A program made the translations under genes and the position numbers. 32,000 nt of DNA. Origin: Candidatus Saccharimonadota bacterium (lineage in GTDB: Archaea; Micrarchaeota; Micrarchaeia; Micrarchaeales; Micrarchaeaceae). The notes below the pieces were generated by a model. That model did no database searches. It was not told the origin of the DNA and saw only the letters and a list, made by a program, of their open reading frames with translations. The stretch is taken from contig AP024486.1 in assembly GCA_021654395.1 (NCBI GenBank), forward strand, positions 570,001 through 602,000, in the 5' to 3' direction. Shown piece after piece: positions 1-9,707 of the stretch; the first letter of the stretch is position 1, and every line of letters starts with the position of its first letter.

Positions 1-571
1 CTAAAGCGCTGCTAACAAATGATTCTGCAACATAATCGAAATTAAGTTTTCTTACAGCCTTAAATAGCTCTATGTCTTCACGAGTTGGCACCTTGGCAGA
101 TAGCTTTCCGTTCTTTATGCTAAAGCCTCTCCTTGCCTTAAGTATACCATCGTTAAGAGCCTTTGCCTTTATTACATTACTTCCCTTCTCTACTACTTCA
201 AATGATAGCTCTCCATCTCCAATTACAACAATACTCTCTTCAGATATATCCTCAAATAGATTGTCATAATCTACTGGTACGGCGCCTTCTACCTTCTTAT
301 TACTAAAGCTTATGATATCTCCTTTCCTTATATTTATATCCTTTATATCTCCTAGTCTTATCTTTACACCTGGGAGATCAGCCATCTTAGCAAGATAAAG
401 ATTGTATCTATCTCTTGCATCATCTATTCTATCGCTTATCAGCTTAAGCTCATCTATATCTTTTACATGCGATAGATTGACTCTTATACAGTCTACCTTT
501 GTTACTATACTCTTAAGCTTATCATCATCTAATGATGGACCGTATGTTGCTATTATCTTAACTCTTCGCAT
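1..571 (-). CDS. pyk: pyruvate kinase, N-terminal ~190 codons (3' end runs off the left edge)
   Basis: Edge-truncated ORF not in the supplied track. The reverse complement from ATG at 571-569 reads MRRVKIIATYGPSLDDD..RVNLSHV..ADLPGVKIRLG..VIGDGELSFEVV..KARRGFSIKNGKLSAKVPTREDIELFKAVRKLNFDYVAESFVSSAL. This matches the pyruvate kinase N-terminal and barrel signatures (KIxATxGP, RxNxSH, DLxGxKIR, DG, xxD..D, SFV). A GGTGAT SD-like motif (rc of 577-582) lies 5 nt upstream of the ATG. The plus-strand ORFs 72-269 and 402-617 are its S/L-rich shadows. Confidence 0.85.
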   Translation of the reverse strand, partial: MRRVKIIATYGPSLDDDKLKSIVTKVDCIRVNLSHVKDIDELKLISDRIDDARDRYNLYLAKMADLPGVKIRLGDIKDINIRKGDIISFSNKKVEGAVPVDYDNLFEDISEESIVVIGDGELSFEVVEKGSNVIKAKALNDGILKARRGFSIKNGKLSAKVPTREDIELFKAVRKLNFDYVAESFVSSAL

Positions 572-712
572 ATTATATCACCAATGTAAAAATAAATTTC
601 TGATAGCATATTTATAAACCTTATACACATTATAATGCATCTATATTTAAGCAAATCTTTATAATAGCTAAAAGATTAACTTATCTTTAATTAGCTGATT
701 GGGTTATTCTAT

Positions 713-2641
713 ATGAGTGATAGTAGCGATTCAAAGAAGGATAGCTATACAGGAAAGGATATAACGGTGCTATCCGGAACAGAAGGCATCAGAAAGAGGC
801 CTGCTATGTATATAGGCTCAACAGACTCTAGAGGTATGCTGCATCTGCTCTTTGAGATAATAGATAATAGCATAGATGAAGCATTAGCAGGCTACTGTAA
901 GAACATAACGATAAGGCTTGAGAGAGAGGACAACATGGATGTTGCAGAGGTAGAAGATGATGGTAGAGGCATACCTGTCGATATAGTTGAGAAGTATAAT
1001 AAGCCAGCATTAGAGGTAATACTAACGCATATACATGCTGGCGCTAAGTTCTCAAATAATGTATATAAGGTATCTGGAGGATTACATGGAGTAGGATTAA
1101 CAGTAGTTAATGCTCTCTCAGAGTACCTTATAGTAACTGTAATGAGAGATGGTAAGATATATAGGCAGCGCTATAGTAGAGGCGCTTCAGTATCTCAATT
1201 AGAGATTATAGGCAGTATCGATGGCAATAAGACTGGTACTATAATAAGATTTAAACCAGATAGGGAGATCTTCTCTTCTGATTCTTTTGACTCTATGCTT
1301 CTTGAGGAGAGAGTAAGATATCTTGCATTTCTAAACCCTGGTATAACAATAAGGCTTATAGATAGTAGATATGAGAGCAAGAGAGAGCTTATCTTTAGAT
1401 ATGAGAATGGGCTAAGAGACTTTTTAGATGATATAAATAGTAAGAAGCCCTTGATAACTGATCAGATAGTTATAGACAAGACAGAGCAGAATGTAAGGGT
1501 AAATATAGCATTCGATTATGTTGATGACTATTCAGAAAAAGTACTAGGATTTGCAAATAGTATAAGGACATATGATGGTGGAACTCATATAACAGGCTTC
1601 TACTCAGGCTTATCTAAAGCGATACAGAGCTATATAGACTCTAATGAGAAGATAAAGAAGAGCTTAAAGGTAAAGATAGAGGCAGAGGATATGCATGAGG
1701 GCTTAAGAGCAGTAGTTGCTGTATATCTTCCTAACCCGGAGTTTGAAGGTCAGACAAAGGAGAAGCTAGGCAATAGCATAGTAAAGAGCATAGTTGAGAA
1801 GATAGTATATGATGAGCTATACTCATATCTAGATAAGAATCCAGGAAAGGCCTCAGCGTTGATTAATAAGCTAGCTATAGCAGCTACTGCTAGAGAATCT
1901 GCTAGAAAAGCCAGAGAGATCGTTAGAAAGAGCAAAGAGATAGATAAGATCCTATTAGCAGGAAAGCTAGCAGACTGTAGTGAGGATGACAGCTCTATAA
2001 CAGAGCTCTTTATAGTAGAGGGAAGAAGTGCAGCTGGCTCTAGTAAGCAGGCAAGAGATAGAAGGATACAGGCGATACTGCCATTAAGAGGAAAGGTGCT
2101 AAATGTTGAGAAGGCTAATCTAGAGAAAGTATTCAATAATGAGGAGCTAAAGTCTATAGTGGCTGCATTAGGCACAAATATGAAAGAGAAGTTCGATTAT
2201 AGTAAGCTGAGATATAATAAGATAATAATACTTACAGATGCAGATGTAGATGGAAGCCATATAAGAACATTACTGCTAACATTCTTCTATAGATATATGC
2301 CTCAGCTTATAGAGAAGGGTCATCTATATGTTGCTCAACCCCCTCTATACAGAGTTCAGCATGGTACAGAGGTTATATACGCTTACTCAGATAGTGAGCT
2401 AGAGGAGCTTAAGAAGAGGTATGGAAAGGTTATAGTTCAGAGATTTAAGGGATTAGGAGAGATGAATCCAGAGCAGCTATGGGAGACTGCTATGAATCCT
2501 AAGACAAGAAGGCTAAAGCAGATAACAGTAAGGGATGCTGAAGAGGCAAATAGGATCTTTGATATTCTTATGGGAGCTGATGTTGAGAAGAGAAAGGAGT
2601 TTATAGAGCAGCACGCTACTGAGGCTGTTCTAGATATATAA
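713..2641 (+). CDS. gyrB: DNA gyrase subunit B
   Basis: 642 aa. GHKL ATPase motifs are present (EIIDNSIDEA, DDGRGIP, GGLHGVG), plus the Toprim motifs ELFIVEGRSAAGS and LTDADVDGSHI and the PLRGKVLNVEKA motif. It lies directly upstream of gyrA. Confidence 0.97.
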   Translation: MSDSSDSKKDSYTGKDITVLSGTEGIRKRPAMYIGSTDSRGMLHLLFEIIDNSIDEALAGYCKNITIRLEREDNMDVAEVEDDGRGIPVDIVEKYNKPALEVILTHIHAGAKFSNNVYKVSGGLHGVGLTVVNALSEYLIVTVMRDGKIYRQRYSRGASVSQLEIIGSIDGNKTGTIIRFKPDREIFSSDSFDSMLLEERVRYLAFLNPGITIRLIDSRYESKRELIFRYENGLRDFLDDINSKKPLITDQIVIDKTEQNVRVNIAFDYVDDYSEKVLGFANSIRTYDGGTHITGFYSGLSKAIQSYIDSNEKIKKSLKVKIEAEDMHEGLRAVVAVYLPNPEFEGQTKEKLGNSIVKSIVEKIVYDELYSYLDKNPGKASALINKLAIAATARESARKAREIVRKSKEIDKILLAGKLADCSEDDSSITELFIVEGRSAAGSSKQARDRRIQAILPLRGKVLNVEKANLEKVFNNEELKSIVAALGTNMKEKFDYSKLRYNKIIILTDADVDGSHIRTLLLTFFYRYMPQLIEKGHLYVAQPPLYRVQHGTEVIYAYSDSELEELKKRYGKVIVQRFKGLGEMNPEQLWETAMNPKTRRLKQITVRDAEEANRIFDILMGADVEKRKEFIEQHATEAVLDI

Positions 2642-5047
2642 ATGGTAGATATGGACCTTGCAGCTAATATAGAGGATGAAGTTAAGGACAGCTATCTACA
2701 GTATGCAATGAGCGTTATAGTAAGCAGAGCTCTACCAGATGCTAGAGATGGATTGAAGCCTGTCCAGAGAAGAATTCTATATGCAATGTACAAGCTTGGA
2801 ATAACTCATGATAAGCCATTTAAGAAGAGCGCAAGGATAGTCGGTGAGGTTATAGGAAAGTATCATCCACATGGAGACGAGGCTGTATATGAAACACTAG
2901 CTAGAATGGCTCAAGACTTCACAATGAACTATCCTTTAATAGAGGGTCAAGGAAATATGGGATCTATAGATGGAGATCCTCCAGCAGCTCAGAGATACAC
3001 AGAGGCAAGATTAAGCAAGATCTCTGAAGAGATGCTCGAGGATATAGATAAGAATGTAGTAGCGATGATGCCGAACTTCGATGCCACAGAGGAGGAGCCA
3101 GAGATACTTCCTGCAAAGGTTCCAAATCTATTTTTAAATGGAGCGAATGGTATAGCTGTAGCATTTACTACAAATATAATGCCACATAATCTAAATGAGC
3201 TAGCAGATGCGATAATAGCTTATATAGATAATAATAGTATAACAGATGATGATCTTCTTAACTATATAAAAGGGCCGGACTTTCCTACGGGAGGCATAGC
3301 CTTAAGAGATAAAGGTCTCATAGACTCTTATAAGACAGGGTATGGATATGTAATAGTTAGAGCTGTAACTGAGCTAGAAGAGAGCAAGGGTAGAAAGAGC
3401 ATAGTAATAAAAGAGATCCCATATACAGTAAATAAGTCTAGCTTAGTAAATAGAATAGCAGAGCTAGCAAAGAACATACTGACAGATATATATGATATAA
3501 GAGATGAGTCAGATAAGAAAGGCGTAAGAGTTGTTATAGAGCTAAGCAAGAATGCAGATCCAGACTATATACTTAATTATCTATATAAGCATACAGATCT
3601 GCAGCTTAAGATACAGATAACAAATGTTGCTGTAATAGGCAATAGGCTTGTCAGACTTTCATTAAAGGAGTATATAAAGACATATCTAGAGCACAGATTT
3701 AATGCTATAGTAAATAGAACTAGATACGATCTTAATGAGTCTCTAAAGAGATTAAAGATTACAGATGGTTTAATTCTGGCTATAAGAGATATAGATGATA
3801 CAGTAAAGATAATAAGATCGAGCAAAGACTATAAGGAAGCAGAGGAGCAGTTAATGAAGAGATTTAATATAGATAAGGAGCAAGCAGATGCGATACTAGA
3901 TCTGAGGCTTAGTAGGCTAACCTCCTTAGAGGAGTCTGTCTTAACAAAGAGCAAGGAGGAGCTAGAGAGGAAGATAGCTGAATGCAAGAATATACTAGAG
4001 AATAGCTCTGAAGTATACAGAATAATAAAGGATGAGCTGAATTATCTAAAGGAGCATTATGGAAGAGAGAGAAAGACTAAGATAGTTGATAGTATAGAGA
4101 TGAGAGAGCTAGATATAGAAGACACTATAAAAGACACATACTCTATTATTGCATTATCAGAGTCTGGCTTAATAAAAAGGATCAGCGCAGATATACTTAA
4201 GAGACAGGGGAGGGGCGGAAAGGGACTTAAGCTATCAGAGCTAAAGGACAATGACTCTCTAAGAGCCTTAGATATTCTAAAGAATAAAGATTATGCGATA
4301 TTTATAACAGAGGACGGCTTTGCATATGCTATAAAGGCATACTATATACAAGAGAGCTCTAAGGAGTCTATAGGCAGATCTATAGCAAACTATATAGAGA
4401 GTCTAAGAGATAAGAAGATAGTAAAGATACTGCATGCTAGAGAGTCAGATAAGTATCTAATACTGCTTACAGAGAAAGGCATTGTAAAGAAGATTGCCCT
4501 TAGTAAGATATTAGACTCAAGATATAAGCAGCAAGGTTTGTCTATAATACAGCTAAATAATGATAAGCTTATAGATGCGGTAATAGCAGATAAAGGATCA
4601 CATATAACTATAGCCACAGAGAGAGGCTATACATTAACATTTAGCGAGGAGCAGCTTAGAGCTATGGGAAGAAAGTCTTATGGAGTTATAGGTATAAGAC
4701 TAGATAATGACAAGCCAGTATCTATAACGAGTCTTTACAACGCTAACTATATCTTCTTTATCACATCTGAAGGCGTAGGCAAGATAGTTGATATAGGCAG
4801 ATTTAAACCTCAAAGAAGAGGAGGTAGGGGCATAATAGGAATAAAGATAAAGAATCAGAGCGATAGGCTTGTTAGAGCTATCTCTTTGCATAGGGATTCA
4901 ATGATAACAGCAGCCACTAAGAATGGAATATGCATAACTATAGATCAGGCTTCACTCAAGCCATTAAGTAGAGCAGCATACGGAGTCAGGATAATTAAGT
5001 TAGATAATGACTCTATAGTAGATGTTAAAGAGCTTCAGACAGGCTGA
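2642..5047 (+). CDS. gyrA: DNA gyrase subunit A
   Basis: 801 aa. The ATG abuts the gyrB TAA (TAAATG). It has the HPHGD motif, the catalytic-Tyr context [10 protein letters not shown], and a GyrA-box-like QGRGGKG at the start of the C-terminal repeat domain. It ends in TGA. Confidence 0.97.
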   Translation: MVDMDLAANIEDEVKDSYLQYAMSVIVSRALPDARDGLKPVQRRILYAMYKLGITHDKPFKKSARIVGEVIGKYHPHGDEAVYETLARMAQDFTMNYPLIEGQGNMGSIDGDPPAAQRYTEARLSKISEEMLEDIDKNVVAMMPNFDATEEEPEILPAKVPNLFLNGANGIAVAFTTNIMPHNLNELADAIIAYIDNNSITDDDLLNYIKGPDFPTGGIALRDKGLIDSYKTGYGYVIVRAVTELEESKGRKSIVIKEIPYTVNKSSLVNRIAELAKNILTDIYDIRDESDKKGVRVVIELSKNADPDYILNYLYKHTDLQLKIQITNVAVIGNRLVRLSLKEYIKTYLEHRFNAIVNRTRYDLNESLKRLKITDGLILAIRDIDDTVKIIRSSKDYKEAEEQLMKRFNIDKEQADAILDLRLSRLTSLEESVLTKSKEELERKIAECKNILENSSEVYRIIKDELNYLKEHYGRERKTKIVDSIEMRELDIEDTIKDTYSIIALSESGLIKRISADILKRQGRGGKGLKLSELKDNDSLRALDILKNKDYAIFITEDGFAYAIKAYYIQESSKESIGRSIANYIESLRDKKIVKILHARESDKYLILLTEKGIVKKIALSKILDSRYKQQGLSIIQLNNDKLIDAVIADKGSHITIATERGYTLTFSEEQLRAMGRKSYGVIGIRLDNDKPVSITSLYNANYIFFITSEGVGKIVDIGRFKPQRRGGRGIIGIKIKNQSDRLVRAISLHRDSMITAATKNGICITIDQASLKPLSRAAYGVRIIKLDNDSIVDVKELQTG

Positions 5048-5056
5048 GCAGTTAGG

Positions 5057-5144
5057 CGGATCTGGCGGGATTCTCATTATTATTTTGAACCCGCAACCTC
5101 TCGGTCCGAAGCCGAGCGCGCTATCCAGGTTACGCCACAGATCC
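5057..5144 (-). tRNA. tRNA-Arg (anticodon TCG) with a ~13-nt insertion (putative intron) in the T-loop
   Basis: The reverse complement folds as a cloverleaf. Acceptor GGATCTG/CAGATCC. D-arm GCGT-AACCTGGATA-GCGC. Anticodon arm CTCGG-CTTCGGA-CCGAG (U33, anticodon TCG, G37). Variable loop AGGTT. T-stem GCGGG/CCCGC, discriminator G. The T-stem halves are separated by 20 nt (TTCAAAATAATAATGAGAAT) instead of 7. CCA is not encoded (GCCT follows). A TATA-like TTTATAT (rc, ~5161-5170) lies ~20-25 nt upstream of the 5' end. Confidence 0.8.
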
Positions 5145-5188
5145 GCCGTACTAATATTTTAGATATAAATCCTTTAATCTATATCTGA

Positions 5189-6544
5189 TTAAGATTGCTC
5201 TGATATGGTCTTTCTTCTGCTATTCTTAATAAGCTCGATACTGCCATCAATTAAATCATATATCTCTCTCTTTGCTTGTAAAGATGCTCTGCTATTATCT
5301 ATATTTTCTATTGCATTCTCTATCTTATTATAGCTCTCTTCAGTATCTATAATACTTAGAAGATCTTTAAGATAAGTAGGCTTCATGTAGATCTTTTTAC
5401 CCTTAAGGATCCTTATAAAAGTATCTGCCAGGTCTATATCTAGCTTATGGGTAATGCTTATGTAATTAAGTCTGGTTGCCGCTCTTAACAATCTGGTAAC
5501 TATATCATTACCTATATCTGTGCCGTTGATCTTACTAATCACAGCTTTCTTTATATCAGAATTATTACCTATTCCTATTTTAGCTATGGTGCTTATTATA
5601 TAGAAGCTATCAAGAGTATAATCAAGAAGCTCTATAAGGGATCTGCTCTTATAGCTACGTTTAAGCTGCTCTATCAAAGCCTTATCATTAAATATATTCA
5701 GTATAAAATCGATATATCTTGAATCAGATCCGTTCATCCTATGATTAAATGGATATGTCTCCTTATAGCTACCTCTAATATCGTATATGTTCTTAAAGGT
5801 ATTAAAGAGAGCAGCCTGACTTATATAGGTTCTAGAGATATTTATAAGATCTGTGAAGTGGTAGAGCGTATCTTTATCCTCTATGTCATTAGCTATATTA
5901 AAGAATCTTTTAAAAGTACTAATATTTATATTCTTATCAGCCGCTATAGAGATTAGATTCATAAGAGCTCTGAGAGTTGTCCTATCATCTTTTAGATAAG
6001 ATATAGATATATTATAGGCTTTTGTCTCTGGAGTCTTATCTGAATCGGTATCGTGGCTATCTATACTTTCTTTGAGCTTGTTATAGTATTTAAGCAAGCT
6101 AAACATATTAACGATATTGTCATTATTTATAAACTCGTATAGGATTATCGCTCTCTCAGTATCTAGAGTCTCTCCTAATCGCAATATATCTGCTATGAAA
6201 TCATAAGGCCCGTATTTATAGAATGTTCTTAGTATAAGCAGAAGCTTGTACTTATATCTCTCAAGCCCCTCTTCTCTATTGTCTCCTGTCTTAAGAGTAT
6301 GCGCTGCATGCTGCTCTATCTCTTTTATATTACTATCTATTATATTCAAGAGTGTCCTTATTGGGCCATTTAATCTTGGGCTATGTACAGACTTAGTAAT
6401 ATCGATAAGCATATCCCCAATCTTATCAATCTCATCTCCTTCATCATAAAGTATCTTATCCTTTAATATTTCAAAGCTTACTTTTAAATCTTCTATTAGC
6501 TGCTCTCTTACAGATATATATGTCCTTTCCCTCTGCTTGTTCAT
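5189..6544 (-). CDS. hypothetical protein, 451 aa, predicted all-helical, no TM segment
   Basis: Long uninterrupted ORF with composition typical of this genome's real genes. The internal plus-strand ORFs look like shadows. A TATA-like AAAATATAAAT (rc of ~6573-6585) lies upstream. I recognised no family motif. Confidence 0.7.
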   Translation of the reverse strand: MNKQRERTYISVREQLIEDLKVSFEILKDKILYDEGDEIDKIGDMLIDITKSVHSPRLNGPIRTLLNIIDSNIKEIEQHAAHTLKTGDNREEGLERYKYKLLLILRTFYKYGPYDFIADILRLGETLDTERAIILYEFINNDNIVNMFSLLKYYNKLKESIDSHDTDSDKTPETKAYNISISYLKDDRTTLRALMNLISIAADKNINISTFKRFFNIANDIEDKDTLYHFTDLINISRTYISQAALFNTFKNIYDIRGSYKETYPFNHRMNGSDSRYIDFILNIFNDKALIEQLKRSYKSRSLIELLDYTLDSFYIISTIAKIGIGNNSDIKKAVISKINGTDIGNDIVTRLLRAATRLNYISITHKLDIDLADTFIRILKGKKIYMKPTYLKDLLSIIDTEESYNKIENAIENIDNSRASLQAKREIYDLIDGSIELIKNSRRKTISEQS

Positions 6545-6634
6545 AATCTTATAAGATAGTTAAGATTACCTGATTTATATTTTTTAGCTATTACTAATAA
6601 TCTTCTAAGATGATGATTAAAAAGCTAAAAGAGC

Positions 6635-6704
6635 TATTAAATCTTCTAACTATTAACTTAAGTATATTAAATCTTAGTATATTAAATCTTATATATTAAT
6701 ATCT
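6635..6704. repeat. short direct repeats (TATTAAATCTT core) in a divergent intergenic region
   Basis: AGTATATTAAATCTT occurs twice in perfect tandem (6661-6675 and 6676-6690). A degenerate third unit follows (ATATATTAATATCT, 6691-6704), and a core copy TATTAAATCTT precedes at 6635-6645. Confidence 0.7.
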
Positions 6705-6745
6705 ACAAAAGCTTTAAATATCAGGTAATATTATACTTTATCTTT

Positions 6746-6940
6746 ATGATAAGCGAAGGGGTACTAAGATCAGATCTCATTAAAAAGATATTAGGCATCA
6801 GATATATAGAAGATAATCTGCTTAATCCGAATACAATAAAGTATAATCCACTAATGAGGTTATTATGCATTATGACTCCCTTTTATATAGAACAGTATCA
6901 TAATAAGGCTATTCTTACTATATCTGGTAGAGCAGTATGA
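6746..6940 (+). CDS. small hypothetical protein (64 aa), stop/start-overlapped with the 822-aa gene
   Basis: TTTAAATA (6713-6720) sits ~26 nt before the ATG, a spacing consistent with a leaderless transcript. The stop overlaps the next ATG as ATGA (6937-6940). No homology recognised, so coding status is uncertain. Confidence 0.35.
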   Translation: MISEGVLRSDLIKKILGIRYIEDNLLNPNTIKYNPLMRLLCIMTPFYIEQYHNKAILTISGRAV

Positions 6941-9405
6941 ATATAACTTCATGGCTAGATTCAAATTATAAGAGTCTATTAAATGAGTTAAAAGCATTGG
7001 AAGTAAGCGAAGATAGCGTATTAAAGTTTGATAAGGCAATTAGATCAATAAATGAAAGCATAGATCTAGTATATAAAAGTAAGTCGCGCTTAAGTTATGA
7101 GCTGCGAGATCTTCTATCAGATCTAAATTACTTCCTAGGCTTATTATACGATTATCCAGAATATAGCAAGGTAGAAAATCTAAGCCATATTATCAATCCT
7201 TTATCTAAGATAATAGATATTATAAGCATAGGTATTAATAGAGGCGATAAGAAGAGTATAAATATAGCTAAAGTCGCTTCAAAGTCTGCAGAGAAGCTAA
7301 TAAGGCTAAGCAGTGTAGCAGATGGACAAAGATTGGGCCTTATGGCTGAAAAGCTTTCAGATTATCTAGATAATCTAGATAAAGAAAGCTATAATATAAA
7401 ATACATAGAAAACTTATATTCAATTTTAGTGAGGCTACAAAAGATCTACCCTATATTTGGATTAAGCACTCTTGATCTTGTTAATAGAATACTATCAAGT
7501 AAGAATACTGATATAATAAGATTAGTAACATATCTAGACAGTTTAGATGCACAAGATGCTTCGTATGATAAATTACTTAACAAGATAGATGAAGATGTAG
7601 CAAAGACAGTAGATACTAAAGTAGCAGATCTCGTAGAATCTATTAAGAACAGAGATAGCATAGATGAAGAAGATCTATCTATCCTTATAGGATTAAGCAC
7701 TCTAATAAGAAAGGCAGTTAAAGGCTATAAGAATAATAAAGAGAGGCTGCAAAGGCAGCTTAGCTATATCTATGATATTAAAGGATCATTGAATTCAGAG
7801 AGTAAGAGCAATCTCAAGAATCTATGTAGAATAGCTATTGATTTAGATATAGAAGAGGATGACTTAATAGGGCTAGATGAAAAAGTCCGCTATCTATTAG
7901 GTATAGATTATAATGATCTTCATCTTATAATAAGCTCTATAAATAATATGGAAAAGAGATATAAAAGCTATAAGATATACGGATACAAGCCAGAGCTAGA
8001 GAAGCTGGGGCTTTTAATAAGTAGTACATTTAAAGGCATAGTAGAGGAGAGATATAACAAAGCAGATAGTCTAAAGGTTATTAATATAATTAATAACTTC
8101 GCTGAATTCTTAATAAAGTACTATAGATCAGATACAAAGTCCTTCGAAGCTATTATAGAAGCGTTAGCATTAAGCCTAGATTATAATAAGCTTATAGATA
8201 AAAAGGATATTATTAGATTAGAAGATATCTCTACTAATCTTAATAAATTGGATCTACTTGGTAGTAGGTCCTTAGATATTATCTTATATCTAATAAAGTA
8301 TAAAGACATGGATCTATTATACAAAATAAGATCGATTAGACTATCAGATAGCTTAATAAAAGATATTATTAAGAGATTTGATAGCTACTATGGCTCGGAG
8401 AGGCTTGGAAAGAGGCGTATAATAGAGCTTGTAGATGCATTACACTATGCTGAGCTCCTGCAAGCTCTTAGCGAAGATCCTAATAGCATCATAGGATCTA
8501 TAAGATCTCCTAAGGAGCTAATATACAAGGTTAACGAGCTGCTAAGAGAGTATGGAGTATCTTATGAATCTGTTGACAAGCTTCTTCCATTTATAAGGAG
8601 CTTAGATAAAGATAGCATAGGCAGATTTATGGAGAGGCTAAAGAATAGATATAGTAGCAGCATACCAAGAGAGGTATATACAGTAGATGCAGATCCAGAG
8701 ATCGTTAAGAGAGAGCTTTCTATAATAAATAAGGAGATAATCGATATAGCAGAAATTGTTGGATATCTAGATATAGATAAAGAGAAGCTTAATAGTCTAT
8801 CTTTTGATTATACAAAGAAGCTCTTAGATAGAATGATATTCTATGTTAAAAAGAATGATCTATATAATAAGATCGCATATAATAAGCTACAAAATATAAG
8901 CTCAAGGCTAGGTCAGCTGGAGAGGATATCAAGATTGACTATTACTATAAATGATGATATAGGAGAGCAGGTAGCCTCTTTAGTAAGTGTAAAGACATGC
9001 TTGTCACCAAATGGAGAGCTCTTTGATTATACTAAGACATATATAGATAATTTAGATTCTGTAGTATTTATTACTATAAAAGACAAGGAGAACAAGATAG
9101 TGGGAAGGACATTCATTCTAGTAGGAGAAGATCCTCTTACAGGAATCGAAAGACTTATAGCAAGGGCTAGTGGAATACATCCAACATATCTAGAGGATTA
9201 TATAGCGGATCAGCTTGATAAGATATTAGAGATATATGCAATTAAGAATGGTATGCGATTCATTAAAAAAGGATGGATATCAGTTAAAGGCTTAAGTATG
9301 CTGTATGGAGATCTTGTAAGGTTTAGTCATAATTATAATAAAGATTACTTAATGGTTTATATATCGAAGGATCTTAAAGGATTTGATATACGTGATAAGC
9401 AGTAA
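6937..9405 (+). CDS. large hypothetical protein (822 aa): ~650-aa helical region plus a C-terminal Cys/His domain; paralogue of 15604-17991
   Basis: Long ORF with no TM segment. The C-terminal ~150 aa align with the 795-aa ORF: LTITINDD..SVKTCLSPNGELF (Cys688, codon 8998-9000), FITIKDKENKIVGR, ILEIYAIKNG, LYGDLVRFSHNY (His798, codon 9328-9330). Confidence 0.8.
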   Translation: MNITSWLDSNYKSLLNELKALEVSEDSVLKFDKAIRSINESIDLVYKSKSRLSYELRDLLSDLNYFLGLLYDYPEYSKVENLSHIINPLSKIIDIISIGINRGDKKSINIAKVASKSAEKLIRLSSVADGQRLGLMAEKLSDYLDNLDKESYNIKYIENLYSILVRLQKIYPIFGLSTLDLVNRILSSKNTDIIRLVTYLDSLDAQDASYDKLLNKIDEDVAKTVDTKVADLVESIKNRDSIDEEDLSILIGLSTLIRKAVKGYKNNKERLQRQLSYIYDIKGSLNSESKSNLKNLCRIAIDLDIEEDDLIGLDEKVRYLLGIDYNDLHLIISSINNMEKRYKSYKIYGYKPELEKLGLLISSTFKGIVEERYNKADSLKVINIINNFAEFLIKYYRSDTKSFEAIIEALALSLDYNKLIDKKDIIRLEDISTNLNKLDLLGSRSLDIILYLIKYKDMDLLYKIRSIRLSDSLIKDIIKRFDSYYGSERLGKRRIIELVDALHYAELLQALSEDPNSIIGSIRSPKELIYKVNELLREYGVSYESVDKLLPFIRSLDKDSIGRFMERLKNRYSSSIPREVYTVDADPEIVKRELSIINKEIIDIAEIVGYLDIDKEKLNSLSFDYTKKLLDRMIFYVKKNDLYNKIAYNKLQNISSRLGQLERISRLTITINDDIGEQVASLVSVKTCLSPNGELFDYTKTYIDNLDSVVFITIKDKENKIVGRTFILVGEDPLTGIERLIARASGIHPTYLEDYIADQLDKILEIYAIKNGMRFIKKGWISVKGLSMLYGDLVRFSHNYNKDYLMVYISKDLKGFDIRDKQ

Positions 9406-9707
9406 TTCTTCTATATATAAGTATTATTAGCAATTTAGGCGTTAGCGTACCAAAGAATAACTCTAAATCTAAGATTGGGATTAGAGATTAAATATTTAAA
9501 TTCAATATAGTTTAATCATAAAGATCAATGCGAGTGCTCCTATATGTCAAATAAGAGCATAGAATCACAAGCAGATAGTAAATAAGATCCCTGAATCTTT
9601 ACATGACGGCTCTCTTATAATTATAGAGGGGACTTCTAAACTCAATCAGAATTATAGATCAGATATAAGAGAATTAGATTAATAAAGCTATAAAGTAAAG
9701 ATCTTAG

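Noticed and set aside
72-617. Plus-strand ORFs 72-269 and 402-617
   Set aside because: They are shadows of the minus-strand pyruvate kinase gene, which has clear family motifs.
828-4891. Nine minus-strand ORFs (60-141 aa) inside gyrB/gyrA
   Set aside because: They lie antisense to two strongly supported genes. Their translations are S/L/C-rich and low in complexity, as expected for shadow frames of AGA/AAG/GAG-rich coding sequence.
713-5047. Inteins or insertions in the gyrase genes
   Set aside because: Both proteins have standard lengths (642 and 801 aa) with contiguous motifs. Neither has a Cys/Ser-initiated insert or a HNF/HNC terminus.
5057-5144. tRNA-Arg as the attachment site of an integrated element covering the ORFan region
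   Set aside because: I saw no second copy of any tRNA segment in the window, and the only other GC-rich island (24076-24129) is unrelated in sequence. No integrase is present. The ORFan region also lies on the 5' side of the tRNA, whereas classical tRNA integration leaves the element at the 3' side. I kept it only as a weak window-scale observation.
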